Shown here: in pieces, positions 37,241 to 50,701 of the stretch
How the letters are laid out: every line of letters starts with the position of its first letter
How positions within the stretch are numbered: the first letter of the stretch is position 1
NCBI GenBank assembly: GCA_043228905.1
Contig: JBHGNT010000013.1
Coordinates: 11,408,001 to 11,472,000 of the forward strand
DNA length: 64,000 nt
Source: Azolla caroliniana
Taxonomy: Eukaryota > Plantae > Polypodiophyta
Direction of reading: 5' to 3'
Program-made: the position numbers and the translations under genes
The notes under the pieces: generated by a model
The model's input: only the letters and a program-made list of their open reading frames with translations
Databases searched by the model: none
Told to the model about the DNA's origin: nothing

Positions 37241-38830
37241 TCGTGGGTCTCGACTCGTGGCAGTAAATCGAATGGAGTTGCTAAAATTATTACCCACACT
37301 TTTGAGGGGTGGGGGGGGGCAACATTATGTTTCCAAAAGACCTCTCAATTTTTTATAAACAAAATTGTAAATACCCATAATACCCTTGTCTCCTTTTATC
37401 TACCCTTTAATTCCAACATGATATTTCCTAAAGTTCACAATGTGCCCTCCTGATTGCAATGTTTATCGGTAACATTCTTCAACATTGAAAATCACTTCTC
37501 AATTCCACATGTACCATGTAAATATGATTCCATTCTTTATTCCATAGGTCATACTTGACCTCTAGGGATGATAATAAAATCCCTCTCTCCCTCTCCCTTT
37601 CTCTATCTCTATATGAGCGTGTGTCACACATATATTATAATTAAGTTTGATGTGTTAACAATCCTCAATGGAATTATTTGTTTGGTTCTTCACATTCATT
37701 CCATGGTCTCCTTGATGATTCCATTTCTGTTCGCTTCAAGAGTCTATTTTTTCCCGTTTATTTGAGTGTTTTCATTCGAGAGTCTTCCCAAATATTCCAT
37801 TTGCATTCATTTGTATCAATTTTTGAAAATTCATTTTTGTTGATATTTCTAAATCCTAAAAGTGGAGACATATTGTTAATTTCATTGATTAATCATTGCC
37901 AACAAAAAAGACAGCATGAAGTTATATAAATATGAAGACTAAGTTAGGGAGAGGCATTTACTATGGGGTGATCATTGATATAACTTTTTTTTACACACAT
38001 CATTTAGGTATTTTATTGACTCAATGGTGTTCTCATTTTAGGAGTTTGCATCATAGCTCTCTCTAGGATTACCTAGGATGCCTCATGAGTCATAAGTATC
38101 ATATGCATTATGATTGTGAAGAGCACAAATAACAATAATATATCAAAAAATGAATGATATAACACTCTAGAGCTAAGATTGGGAAAGTGTCGCGATTGCA
38201 ACCTACTTAACTAGCAAAGCACACACTTGTGGTTCCAAGCTTAGTGACTAATATTTTATAAAAAACAATGAGAAAACAATGCATACAAGTTGTTACGAGA
38301 GTGTATGAAACAATGTGATGTGATGAAGGTGGTCTCCATCTCAAGCATATAAACTACAAGAAAATGTCTCTTTTGTCAAAGATTCTCTCTCTCTCTCTCT
38401 CTCATAAACCAAATGTAACATGGTCAGACAAGTTGAGACTTGGCCTTACATAAAGTTTACCATTTTGGTCACTTATACTGGTGATGGTGTTAATAGTGAT
38501 ATTAATTATTCCCTTCATGCAATTGTCAATTGTTTGAAGAGGGCACGTTGCTTTACATGTATGGATGTGCACTAATCTACATGCCGATTATTAAGATCCT
38601 TCAAGATTTCTCAAGTATTGGTGTCCACAAATTTATCTTCACAACGTGGGAATCTTCTCCACGAAAAACAATGCATGATTTACTGTTTGAAAAATTACTA
38701 GCACATCATTGAAAATTCTTTTGTTTGTTCCACGTGCATGCACTTGCTTTGGGTGGTATTTATTGCTTACTAGCTTGCTTTATTAGACCCCTACCTATTT
38801 CAAACATTTCCTATGTAAAAGTATTAGCTT

Positions 38831-39665
38831 TGTCTTCTAGTTGAAAAATGACAACTTTTTAACCAAAGCGATTCGCTTGTAAGAACTTTCAACAAATGTA
38901 AATAAGGTGGAATGACATTCTATGCACATGCACGCAAAATACCGAAATAAGTTCTAGGAATGTGTAGAGAGGTCAATTTCAAGACGTGAGTCTTGTTCTA
39001 CATAGTTAGCCTCGATGATACATTCGAATAAGGGTGGCAGAGTGAAAAAGTATAAATTTTAATGTAATCAGTTAACTTTGATGTCAAGTTAACAAAAATG
39101 TCTTCTAGTTGAAAGAGGTCAATTGTTTAACCAAAGAGGTTCTCTTATGAGAACCTTTTAACTGATGTAAACAAGGGGGAGCAACATTTATGCACAAGCA
39201 TGTAGAAGATGTTGTGACTCCATAAAAATAAGTTCCTAAGGTGTGTAAGGAGGCGATTTCAAGCCATTACTCTTAATATGCATTCATTAACCTCAATGAT
39301 ACATTCAAATATGATGGCTCGAGGGAAATTACTAGAATGTTAAGGTGTATTTGTGTAATGTTTAATGTAGAAAGCTAACCTAAAGGTCTTCTAGTTCAAA
39401 GAGGTCAAGCTTTTAACCAAAGACGTTCTCTCGTAAGAACCTTTGAGAGATGTAAACAAGGTGGAGTATGCAAATGCATGTGAAAGAGGTTATAAACCTA
39501 TGGGAATAAGTTCTTAGGGTGTGACAGGAGGTTATTTCATGCCACTAGTTCTAGGGTGACATTAGTTAACCTTGATGATACATTCAAATGTGATAACACT
39601 AAGGGAAACGAATGGAGTTGTGGGGTGCATGTGTGTAATGTTTAAGGTGATCAACTAACCTAAAG
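38831..39665. repeat. Degenerate tandem repeat, 3 copies of about 270-285 bp
   Basis: GTCTTCTAGTT(G/C)AAA at about 38832, 39100, 39386; ...GATGTAAACAAGG..., AATAAGTTC and TGATACATTC recur in register. Confidence 0.75.
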
Positions 39666-41084
39666 GGCTCATATTTGTATGAGCTAAAAAGTTAGTGCAA
39701 GCAATAGACTCTATACTCTATGAGGAATCTCATATTGCTCCTCTACATTCATTTTCAAGGACAAAAACAGTTGGAAAGAGGGACATGAGGTGATTTCCTG
39801 TTGTGGATTAGTGGACTCAATCATACACCTTGGCTTATTTGGGTCAATCTATAAATAGTTTAGTTGTGGAAAATATTTATAGAGGTACTAAACAGAAGTC
39901 ATGGGCTAAAGGTTGGATGGTGACACTCCCTCTCCCACCCAAGAGGGATCTCAAAGGTGGATCATGGTTTGGTAGAGATTCTAGTGTCACCCCTCTTCAA
40001 TACATTTCCTAATGTTCCAATGCCCATGGTTCTCTTTTAATAGAAGCTCAAATATACATGATCTTTTTCATATGAGGTTTTTGCTATTTCTATATTTTCC
40101 AATTTATTCCATAACATCACAAAGGTGATTTTGCACTAATATAATACCTCGAATAGAATAGTGTGGATAGAAAAGAAGCAAAAAATAAACATGTTTGTGA
40201 GCAAACTACTCATATTCCCATAAAAGTTATAACTTATGATATTCTAGACAAGAAGTCGAAAGTCCTCATGCTAAAGAGTTGGACACTTATGACAATTTAT
40301 TGGTTTTTTGTTTGAACTACTTTATCTATCTTTCAACCAAAAGAAATTCCTTGCCAGAATGAGGCACAAAACCAACATGTCATGAACTTGTTGATGATTA
40401 TACATTTGAGATGATGTCATGATGTTGTCTTGAGAGATATAAGTTGCTATGTTTGTATACCTAGCAAAACCTATTAGTGTGTCATGCCATCACTCTACTC
40501 GGGGATACTCGTTGCCCGAATGTGGCTCAAAACTAATAGGTCAAGAATTTGCCGATGACTATACATTTGACATGATTCGATGGTGATGTCTTGGGAGAAA
40601 AAGTCACTTATTACATGTGCATATCTGGCAAAGAATACAAGTGTGAATGTTTTTTCTTAACACTAAGAAAATGCATGGGGAGAATTGGCAAGGCACTAAA
40701 AAGGCGTAAAGTTAAGTTGTGGTGGACCATGTGAAACAAACAACCATGGATGTATAATCCAAGCTGCTGCGCACCAAACCACACGCGCGCACACACACAC
40801 ACTAGGATGAAATTGTTTGTCTATGTAGAGGTCAGAAGAGGTGGTGGACCGTCATATGATCCATTTCCCCTATAAATCAATGGGAATGTGCAATGTATTG
40901 TACATATGTATAGCTAGAATGATGATTGATGGTTGTTAGGGCTGAGATGAGATATACATACATTGATAAGAAAGCAATTACCTTTCTTTATGTATATATA
41001 ATGATAATAATTAGACTTACAAGGATACCAAACAATTATTACTAATTAATAATAAGCCTATTACTCCAACGGCTATGTCTATGA

Positions 41085-41692
41085 CACATACCACCATACA
41101 TACATACATACATATACGATTATACTATACATACTTACGTACTTACTTATACATATATGTACATAATAAAACACCTACATCATATGAGATGTCCATATTA
41201 GAACAATTAGATAGATCATGCTTGTTTTTATATATATGTATGGATTGGTGACATGGGATGTATTATGTAGAACAATAGCTAGATCTGAGATGCCCATGCT
41301 TTGTTCATATACAGTATATATATATATATGTATGGAGCACATAAACAAAAGTCTCATAACACATGTGTCACAGAAATACCAAACAAAAGAAGTGAATGAA
41401 GGTCATTCATTATTTTCTCTCTCTCTCCTCCTTTTTCTCATCACAATTTAATCAGAGTGTCAACTTTCATGGGAATCCTTTACTCACCCACCCAACCGCA
41501 CTCAGACATACACTGAATCCACATCCACACATATACATACGTACATAGGTACATACATATGTACATATGTACATGCATACATACATACTTACATATGTAC
41601 ATACATACATGTATGCATGATACATACATACATACACTGTTACACACATGCATGTGTACATATATGCATCTATATATATATATATATATATA
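41085..41692. repeat. (TACA)n / (TA)n microsatellite-rich region
   Basis: Imperfect CATA/TACA arrays at about 41085-41165 and 41525-41665; (TA)n at 41671-41692. Confidence 0.75.
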
Positions 41693-42494
41693 GTTATTTA
41701 TTTATCGTCCATCAACATCAACATTTATATATAAATGTATGTCTATCGACATCTCCCCTGTTTTTTTTTTTTTTTTGAACTACCTTAGCTAGTGGTAGTA
41801 CAATGGAAATTTAGTTTGCTTGTGCACTGAGTTTTTGAGCTGTTCAACATGACTCATGAGAAAGGTAGTAAGTAGGATTACCTTCCTTTCACAACCTTTT
41901 TCCTTTCCCTCCATGTAAAAAGAGCTACAGGTAAAAGCTGCTTTCAATGCCAGAAAGTAATGAATTAAGAAGAAGACATGGATGCCATGACAGCCACAGC
42001 TGTATGTCTTCTGTGTGTGTATGCTATAGTCTCTCTCTAATGGGCTATGCTATGTATATGCATTACAGACAGGATGCCTGCATGTATCATCATTGTGTAA
42101 TTCCAGCTTTTTAGACCTATATGTATAAAGCAGTGTGGAAATTTAATGTGTCCTAATTGCTTATCCAGCTTGATCAAACCCTAATGATTGAATTGCTCTT
42201 GTCTTCTGGGAGCCCCCCTTTTCCCCCCTTCCTCTGTATACTAGATAGATATAGATATATAGATATATGTATAGCGAGTAATGGTTGCAACTTGCTCCTT
42301 TTCTTGTATGTGTGGCTAATGTCTCTTCCCCTGTTTCGCAACTTAATCGTTACAGTAGCTTTTCTTGTATGTAGCTAATGTCACTTCCCCTGTTCCTCAT
42401 CAAATGTAAATGTTAGTAGCTTTTCTTTAAACGTGGCTAATTGCTTCTCCCTTGTCTCTCCCCATCAAAATCTACTTCTACATGTTTGGTTTCA

Positions 42495-42680
42495 TTGATC
42501 CTAATATTTAAGCCCATCATTGCTTCTAGGGTTTGATCATTACTCCTAATATAAGCCAATAATTCCTTCTACGGGGGTTTTAATCTATAATTCTAATAGA
42601 TAAGCCCACCATTGCTTTTAGGGTTGTTTGATCATTAAAACCTAATAGACAAATAATCCAACCGTTGCTTTTAGTGTTGA
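42495..42680. repeat. Degenerate tandem repeat of about 45-55 bp just upstream of the subtilase start codon
   Basis: TAAGCCCA.CATTGCTT.TAGGG...TTTGATCATTA...CCTAATA, about 4 copies. Confidence 0.55.
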
Positions 42681-42766
42681 ACCTCTCATTTAGTTGGTGC
42701 ACAGATTGAGGTCAGAGAATGAAGTAGTGCTGAAAATCTATGAGAACTTGATATGCAACATCAAAT

Positions 42767-45700
42767 ATGATGCAGCAATCCTGTTTGATCAGATTTGCCA
42801 AGGTGTTCTATTTCTGCTCCTTTGCATTTTCCATAGCCCCATTTTGCTTTGCTGCTACTAGAGATGAGGTCTTCATTGTTACCATGGAGGGCACTCCTGG
42901 AGTCCATAGATTTCAAGACATGATGAAATCAAATAATAATGCCAGACCTATCACTCAAAGGTATGGGCCTCTGTCTCTATTTATACATGATACACTCTAA
43001 TTTAGGGTTTCCAGTCTATGTCATGTACATGTGTTGGTTAACGATTGCAGCTTAGAAGCTGAAGCATACTTTGCAGAGCTACAAGCTCAGCACGATGAGT
43101 TCCTGAGTAGCTTCTTTGAGATGGGTACTCCTTACACAAAGCTCTACAGCTATAGCCATGTCCTTAACGGGTTTGCAGTGCAACTATCCCCTGAGAAGGT
43201 ATACTATATTACATAACATCCCCCTTCTTCCCCATGATTCTGAGACTTTCAAATCTCATCATAACGTATCATGGTTTCAAAAGGCTGAGATGTTGAGGAA
43301 GTCACCACGTATACTCAGAGTGGAGAGTGACTGGCAAGTGGAGACATTCACAACACATACACCTGATTTCCTGGGGCTACCCAACCGTGTGTGGCCAGTG
43401 GAAGGGGGTCCAACAGGAGCAGGGGAAAACATTGTCATTGGTATCATAGACACTGGCATTGATCCTTCTCATCCGAGTTTCTCTACGGCCGCTCGCTCCA
43501 TTGCTTACCCTCCTATCAATGGATTTCGTGGCAAATGTGAAGAAAGTGCAGGGCTCTTCTGCAATGGAAAGATCATTGCTGCCCAACATTTTGCAAAAGC
43601 TGCTCAAGCTGCTGGGGCTTTCAATTCGTCGAATGACTTTGCTTCTCCACTCGATGGAGATGGGCATGGAACGTATGTAATGATGATCTACAAATACATT
43701 TTATGCATACGCACACATACACACACATACAGAAAGACAAACAAAAAAGAATCATGAGCTTCTTTTTTTCACATGGAAAATGTCTCATCATGTGTTACCC
43801 TGCTGTCTATGTCAGCCACACAGCCTCAATAGCAGCTGGAAGTCACGGAGTTCAAGTAAACTTCAACGGATTTTATTTTGGTGATGCTAGTGGAATGGCA
43901 CCTCGTGCAAGGTGACATATGATCACAGATGCTCATATTTGGTTTTTTGCTGCACACTATATAACCTTAATCAGGAGTACATAATTAGGTTAGAGATAGG
44001 TGAACTTGCATGCAGAAGACTTTGTTCAATGGATAGCTATGGTATGGACGTGCAAATATAGGATTGGTCGGTTATCCAGTTGTGCATTGGCTCATTTGCA
44101 TATGGATGGATTTGTCCAATGGATAACAATGTTCTGGACACAAGGCCTGGGGCTTATAGACTCTGTTAAGGGAATATAGACTCTGTTTAGTACATATCAC
44201 AGCTATCCGGATTATGAACAAATACAATCACAGGGAAATAATGCTAAAAAAACCTATCCACATGCAAATGGGTCGATATCTGGCTTTATTATTGACTCCT
44301 AATTCAGGTTATTTGTGTCCACACATAACACTATCATTCTTGGAAATCAACATGTTCTTGTAAGACTCATAGATGGTATGCTGACTGGCTTTGCATTGGA
44401 AATCTATCAGAATATCTGTGTATAAAGCTCTATACCGACAATTCGGAGGATTTGTTTCTGATGTCGTAGCCGCAATCGATCAAGTAAGATGGCATGAATA
44501 AATACATGTCAACTTTTGTTTGTTCAAACAATGAATACTATTGGTCTAATTCTATCTATGCTTAATAGGCAGCGAAGGATGGTGTCAATGTGTTGAGCTT
44601 GTCAGTAGGTCCAAGCAGCCCTCCGTCCACGGTCCGTCTGACATTTTTGAATGCTTTCGACGTGGCACTTCTCTCAGCTGTGAAATCAGGGGTATTTGTA
44701 GTTCAAGCTGCAGGGAATGGGGGACCTTACTCTAGGACAATGGCCTCATTCAGCCCATGGATTATGTCTGTTGCGGCAGGACTTGATGACAGGAATTATT
44801 CCAACCAGGTCGATTTGGGTAATGGTGCAAAACTGACCGGGATTGGGATTGCACGTAAGTTTATTGACTTTGACATCATCAAATTCCATTACCACAACCT
44901 TGGTCACGTGTTATGAACCTACAAGTAATCAAGTCATATGTTGATGGAATTGATTAAGAAAGAGATAGGCCCATTAGGTCACATAGACTGCAATATTATC
45001 TGATAGAATCTAGACGTCTAGGGTCCGAATAACAACTCCGTTAATATGATTGTGAACACATTTTCCCTTAGAGGGCTAGTGATTACAGTATCATATAAGA
45101 CAACATTGAGATAAGATGATATAGTGCATTTAATTTTTGTAAGGAATATGCTAGTAATAATGCTGTGCAAACATTGGCAGCTGCGACACCCGGGGAGCAA
45201 CTGTACAACCTAGTTCTGGCTGAGGATGCATTTGTGATGATGGGCAACTCTAGGTTTTCATCAAATCCTACAAACTGCCAGCAGCCTGGAGTCTACAATA
45301 GAACCCTTGTCCAAGGGAAAATCCTCATGTGCACCTATTCGTTCAGCTTTGTATACGGAGCTGCGACTGTGAAACGAGTTGTCGATACTGCTCGAAATTT
45401 GAGCGCCGTTGGGTTCATCTTGTTTGCGAAAACTGATCTTCCCGGAAATAAGTTCAATCCAACACCTTTTGCAATACCAGGGATAGTCATAACAGATGTC
45501 CAAAATTCTATGGTATGTCAAAACCTTAGTAGAAAGCCCAAGTTCGTTACACCTACACCGATATATGTATATATGTGTGTGTGATGACCGGAAGGTTGTA
45601 GATATTGATGATATTGATGAAACTTTGCCAGGAACTTTTGAACTACTACAACACAACCAAGTCTAGTGCACAAGCAAAGCTAGGGAATGGGATGACTCCA

Positions 45701-47366
45701 ACCTTGAAAGGAACAGCCCCACAGGTGGCTCTCTTCTCCTCTAGAGGGCCAGGTGTGAAAGACTACATGCTCCAAGATGCGGATGTGCTGAAACCAAATA
45801 TACTAGCTCCTGGGTCTCTCATATGGGGTGCATGGACCCCTATTGGTACCGATGAGCCTGATTACCAAGGTAGAAGGTCTCGAACTCAAAGAACATGTGT
45901 GCCTTGAAGCTCCTTCACTAAACCTTACCAGACCCATCTAACTAAACCTTAGGAGCTTTGAGACTAATGCAAGTGATTGGGCAGCTTTGTATCAAAATGC
46001 CAAGAGCCATAAACATGTGTGAAAACTTGTGTAGGAAACAACCATGGCCCTCTACCAGGATTTGAGGACGAATGTCGTTCCTTGTCTTTTATGAGCTTTA
46101 TATTAGACAAATTAGGAGAGCATGAATGAACCTAACAGAGACCCTTCACTTGTTTGCTTTTTTCAGGCCAACAATTTGCTTTAATATCTGGAACAAGTAT
46201 GGCTGCACCACATGTTGCAGGTGTGGCTGCCCTGATACTACAGGCACACCCACACTGGAGTCCCGCGGCTGTGGCATCGGCCATGATGACGACCGCGTTT
46301 GTCGAGGATGACAATGGATCACCCCTCCTCGCCCAACGCTACTCGGGTACTGGATCCGTTATTATCGACACTGCCACTCCTTTCGATTTTGGAAACGGTG
46401 CACTCAATGCGAATGCTGCACTTGATCCAGGATTGGTCTTTGAAGCAGGTATGGAAAGAAGGATGATGATTCTCTATGTCAATCCTATTTGAATTTTTAG
46501 AATGCCACGAATTAATGTTTTCCGTTCTTCCGACTTTGCTTGCATACTCATGGTAATGGAGTCGATTAGGCCATTACCTCGTAGACGACCATTTGATCGG
46601 CAACAGTCTAGATGGCTATATATATATATACAGATCAAGAGCCCTATATATATATATACATCAGTTAAATACCTCAAGTCTATGTTCATATCATAGCTTG
46701 GCTCCATCCATCCATACCCTAGGTTTATGTCACGACCACTACTAGTCATACCCATGAACAAATATTAATATGTTTTCGCCTAAAGTTGTGGCTTTGTTAT
46801 GATAATTGTGTCCTAGTTCTCCTCGAGCTAATGGGTCTATTCTCAAATTGTAACCGTGTTCATTTCTAATGTATGATTAATGCTTGTTGCTCATGTAGCA
46901 AAATTTTGCTATAAATCTAAATCCCAAGGACTGATTGAACTGTTACATTCCAGGGTATGGAGACTATATCAACTTCCTATGTGCAATGTTAGAAGTGGAC
47001 CAAACCCTAGTTTTGAATACAACTGGGTCAACCTGTGATACAATGCCCAGGAGACCCGACGATCTCAATATACCTTCCATCACCATAGCCAATATGCTCA
47101 GCACGAGGACCATCACGAGGACCGTCACCAATGTATCTGATAAAACAGAGACCTACGTCGTCTCGTTTGTGCCTCCAAGCGGCATATCCATGGAGATCAC
47201 ACCAAATGCTTTCACGATACCAATGGGAGGGTCTGTGACCTTGACTATAGTCTTGAGAGTGAATTCTTCACCCTCTGGAGAATACAATTTTGGTAGAATC
47301 CTTCTACAGGGAGATAAGACACACCTTGTTAGAATGCCTGTGGCTGTTAGAATTGGTAATGGCTAG
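42767..47366 (+). CDS. SBT2.5: Subtilisin-like serine protease (plant subtilase, SBT2.5/SBT2.6-like), 10 exons, about 816 aa
   Basis: Exons 42767-42960, 43051-43198, 43284-43672, 43816-43911, 44411-44483, 44569-44854, 45181-45512, 45632-45869, 46167-46448, 46954-47366. All introns are GT-AG with consistent phases; total 2451 nt. Signal peptide, I9 prodomain ([14 protein letters not shown]), mature start [10 protein letters not shown], catalytic IIDTG / DGHGTHTAS / [14 protein letters not shown] and Fn3-like domains. Orthology within SBT2 is not resolved. Confidence 0.93.
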
Positions 47367-47869
47367 TTAAGGTATATATATATATAATTCTTTTCAATTC
47401 CTAATTGTAGACAATTAATTGTATATGCTTGCAAATGATTTGTTTGTATACTAATTCCTCCAAGCCAATAAGAACATTGAGTTCAAACCGTTATATACCT
47501 TACCTATTGTTGGTATTCCAAAAAATCCCATCAATGTAAAGTTCCATCTTTGCAAAACTTTGTAACCTTACTTAATTAAAGAGAAGCTGTTGAAAAGCGA
47601 GCTTTGGTTTTGATTGTCTTTAGATATTTGTCTGACATATATGCAAACCGATTTGTAAATGACCGATTTTGTGTATTGCATATTTTGAACATAGATATGA
47701 AGACCTACCTAGATACTCTTTATGAACGCCTCTCTTTTTCATATCATTTACACTGTTCTATAGGAGATTCCAATACTTGATCATATGTTAGTTACATTTA
47801 TGTCGGAAGCTTCAATATGAAAATGTAATCAAGTGAGGCTGATTCTAACATAAGATTCCACACACCATG

Positions 47870-48115
47870 TTGTGTGGAATCTATGGCATCTTTTATAATT
47901 TGGATATTTAGAAGAGTTAGTGTATCGTAGTACAAAAATGAAAGTCTATTATGCTTGACCAATATATGTTAATATGTTATGCGGAACACCTTGGCATCTT
48001 TTATAATTTGGATATTGTATGCATTAACGAGATGTAGTCTATTGTAGTACAGAAATGAAAGTCTATTATGCTTGACTAATATATGGTAATATGTTATGTG
48101 GAACACCTTGGCATG
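47870..48115. repeat. Tandem duplication of about 105 bp
   Basis: GGCATCTTTTATAATTTGGATATT...AATGAAA(A)GTCTATTATGCTTGAC...GTTATG.GGAACACCTTGGCAT occurs twice. Confidence 0.7.
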
Positions 48116-50701
48116 ATAACAAGAACATCCTAATTTAAAATAGATGCATTGAAACATGAACATCCATTGTGTCAAAGAATCAAAGATTTGGATGACCCAA
48201 GAAAACTAAAGGGTTTGATTTATTGGCAATGCATAAATTCTCTTTTTTAGTGAATGAAATGGATTCCTTTAGTTATGGTTCACTCAACTATGTAAGACTG
48301 ATGCACAAAATCTTATTGGCAACTTTGTTGCTTGACATGTTTAAATTTTTCTTAAAATCACGCAAGCTCAGTGAGGCAAAACTCTTTTTCTTGAAGTTCT
48401 TGTGTTGTCTAAATTAGAAACAAACTTTACAATTGGATTTATTCCTTTTTTCCACCCTACACTTCTTCAATATTAATGTGGCTTCCTTGAAAAGGTTGTT
48501 GAATTGTTAGACAAATAGTTTGCCCAATTTCAATTTAATGAAGAAACTCACACTTTGATACCCAAATGGGCATGCAAGCTGGCAATTAATCCATGTAATT
48601 AATTGTTGAACGAGCAAGCTCAACATGATCTGGATTGGCTGAATAAGCCAAGAGCTAGATTGATGTCCGGAACGGAGAGCTAAATCGGTGTCCGGATTTG
48701 AGTGTAACTGGTAGGCCGTTAGAGGCCTACAGTCCTAGCCTAGTACGTAGGCATATTCTTAGGAGTTAGTGTCAGTCACTCGGTACGAGCATTGAAGTAC
48801 ATGTTAGTACTTTTATTAGTCCTTTTAAGGACTTGTATAAAAGTGCTCATTGAGAATATTGTATGCATAAAGTGTTCATTATTTTGAAATTGAGTTTATG
48901 TTCTACTCTCTTTGTCTGCTCCATGTACTGTGTATTCTCAAGTTTCTATTAAACCTTCATCTCTCTCTTTTTGTTGCTATCCGGCTGAGCCGGTTGTGTC
49001 TACACTTCCGCACATGACTTTTACATGGTATCAGAGTGTGAGGGTTGAGAATCCACTGTTGCCGACAAGCAACTCGTCAAAGACAAACCCTAAAACCTGG
49101 TAAAGAACAAAATGGAGAGAGGAATGGCTAGATCGCTTCCAACGGAGAAGCTCAACAAAAGCAACTGTGCATCTTGGTCGTACAAGATGCACCAGTATTT
49201 GCTCAAACATGGATACTGGAGTTATGCCGACGGAGTTAATGATGTAGCACCGGATGTGACAAACAAGGACTTCCCGGCTTGGGAACAAGCGACAAGCAAG
49301 GTAATGTACTGCTTCGCGTTCACTGTCGGTGATCAACTGCTCAGCCATATTTGGGATGCCACGATGCCAAAGGAAGCGTGGACGAACCTGAACAAGGTAT
49401 TCGCTGCAAGCATCACAGCCCGGAAGCTGCAACTCAGTAGGAGTTGAGCAACGTCCGACACAAAGGCAAGTTGGTGGCCAACTACACAACTCGGATCAAG
49501 GAGATCTACGACTCTCTTGCATCCATCAACGTGACCGTCGAGGAGAATGAGATGGTGTAGGTCTGCCTCGGGGGCTTGGCGTTGAAGTTCAGAGCATTCC
49601 GAACGGCGGTCTGCATGAGGGAGAATACGCCTTCATTTTTTGACTTATAGTCAATGCTCCTTGTAGAGGAGAACCATGCGGATGCGTCGACGAGTACGCA
49701 CACTGACAACAAGATGCTGTACAAAGAGGAAGATAGGCCCCTTGGTCGTGGTGGATGAGGTGGGTTGGCACACAATGGAGGCTGCCGACAGGAGCGAAAC
49801 CAAAGGCATAATCAAAAGCTATCACTAAGTAAGAACAGAAAAGAAGAGAAATGGACAGAGGAATGACTAGCTCGCTTCCAACGGAGAAGCTCAATAGAAA
49901 CAACTACGTATCTTGGTCATACCAAATGCACTAGTACTTGCTCAAACATGGATACTAGAGTTATGTCGATAGAGTTAATGATGCAACACCGGATGTGACA
50001 CAGAGGGACTTTCCGGCTTGGGAACAAGCGGCAAGCAAGGTAATGTACTACTTCGCATCCAGTGTTGGCGACTAGCTTTTGAGCTACATCCGGGGCGCTA
50101 AAACGCCAAAGGATGCTTGGGGAAATCTAAAGAAGATTTTTGCCGCGAGCACCACAACTAGAAAGCTTCAACTTAGACAGGAGTTGAGCAATGTCCAACA
50201 AAGAGATATGTTGGTGGCTGATTACACCTCCAAGATCAAGGATATCTGTGACTCCCTCACCTTTGTCAATGTGAACGTTGAGGAGGACAAATGGTATAGG
50301 TTTTCCTCGGATGGTTGGTGTCGAAGTTCGGATAATTCCAAACGGTGGTCTGCACGAGGAGCATACGCCTTCGTTTTTCGAGCTACAATCGATGTTGCTC
50401 GTAGAAGAAAACCACTCGGGTGTGTCGACGAGTATGCACATCGACATCAAGATGTTGTACATGGAGGAAGATAGGCCCCATGGTCGTGGTGAACCAATCG
50501 GCCGACAAGAGCAAAACGGAATGCATAATCAAAATGCCGACAATAATTCTGGACCCTCCGGAAACAGGGGGAGTCAAGGCGGTGCTGGAAATCAGCAAGC
50601 AAAGGCCGACTCGGAATGCTGGTACTATGGCAAAAAAGGCCACAAGGAGAGCGAGTGCTGGAAGAAGCGCGCCGATTCAGATAAATCCGGATCCGACAAA
50701 G

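Noticed and set aside
39700-42400. Short ORFs in the AT-rich region upstream of the subtilase
   Set aside because: They derive from low-complexity or microsatellite sequence and show no domains or coherent exon structure.
44015-44145. MITE in subtilase intron 4
   Set aside because: Only a short degenerate direct repeat is visible, with no TIRs or TSD.
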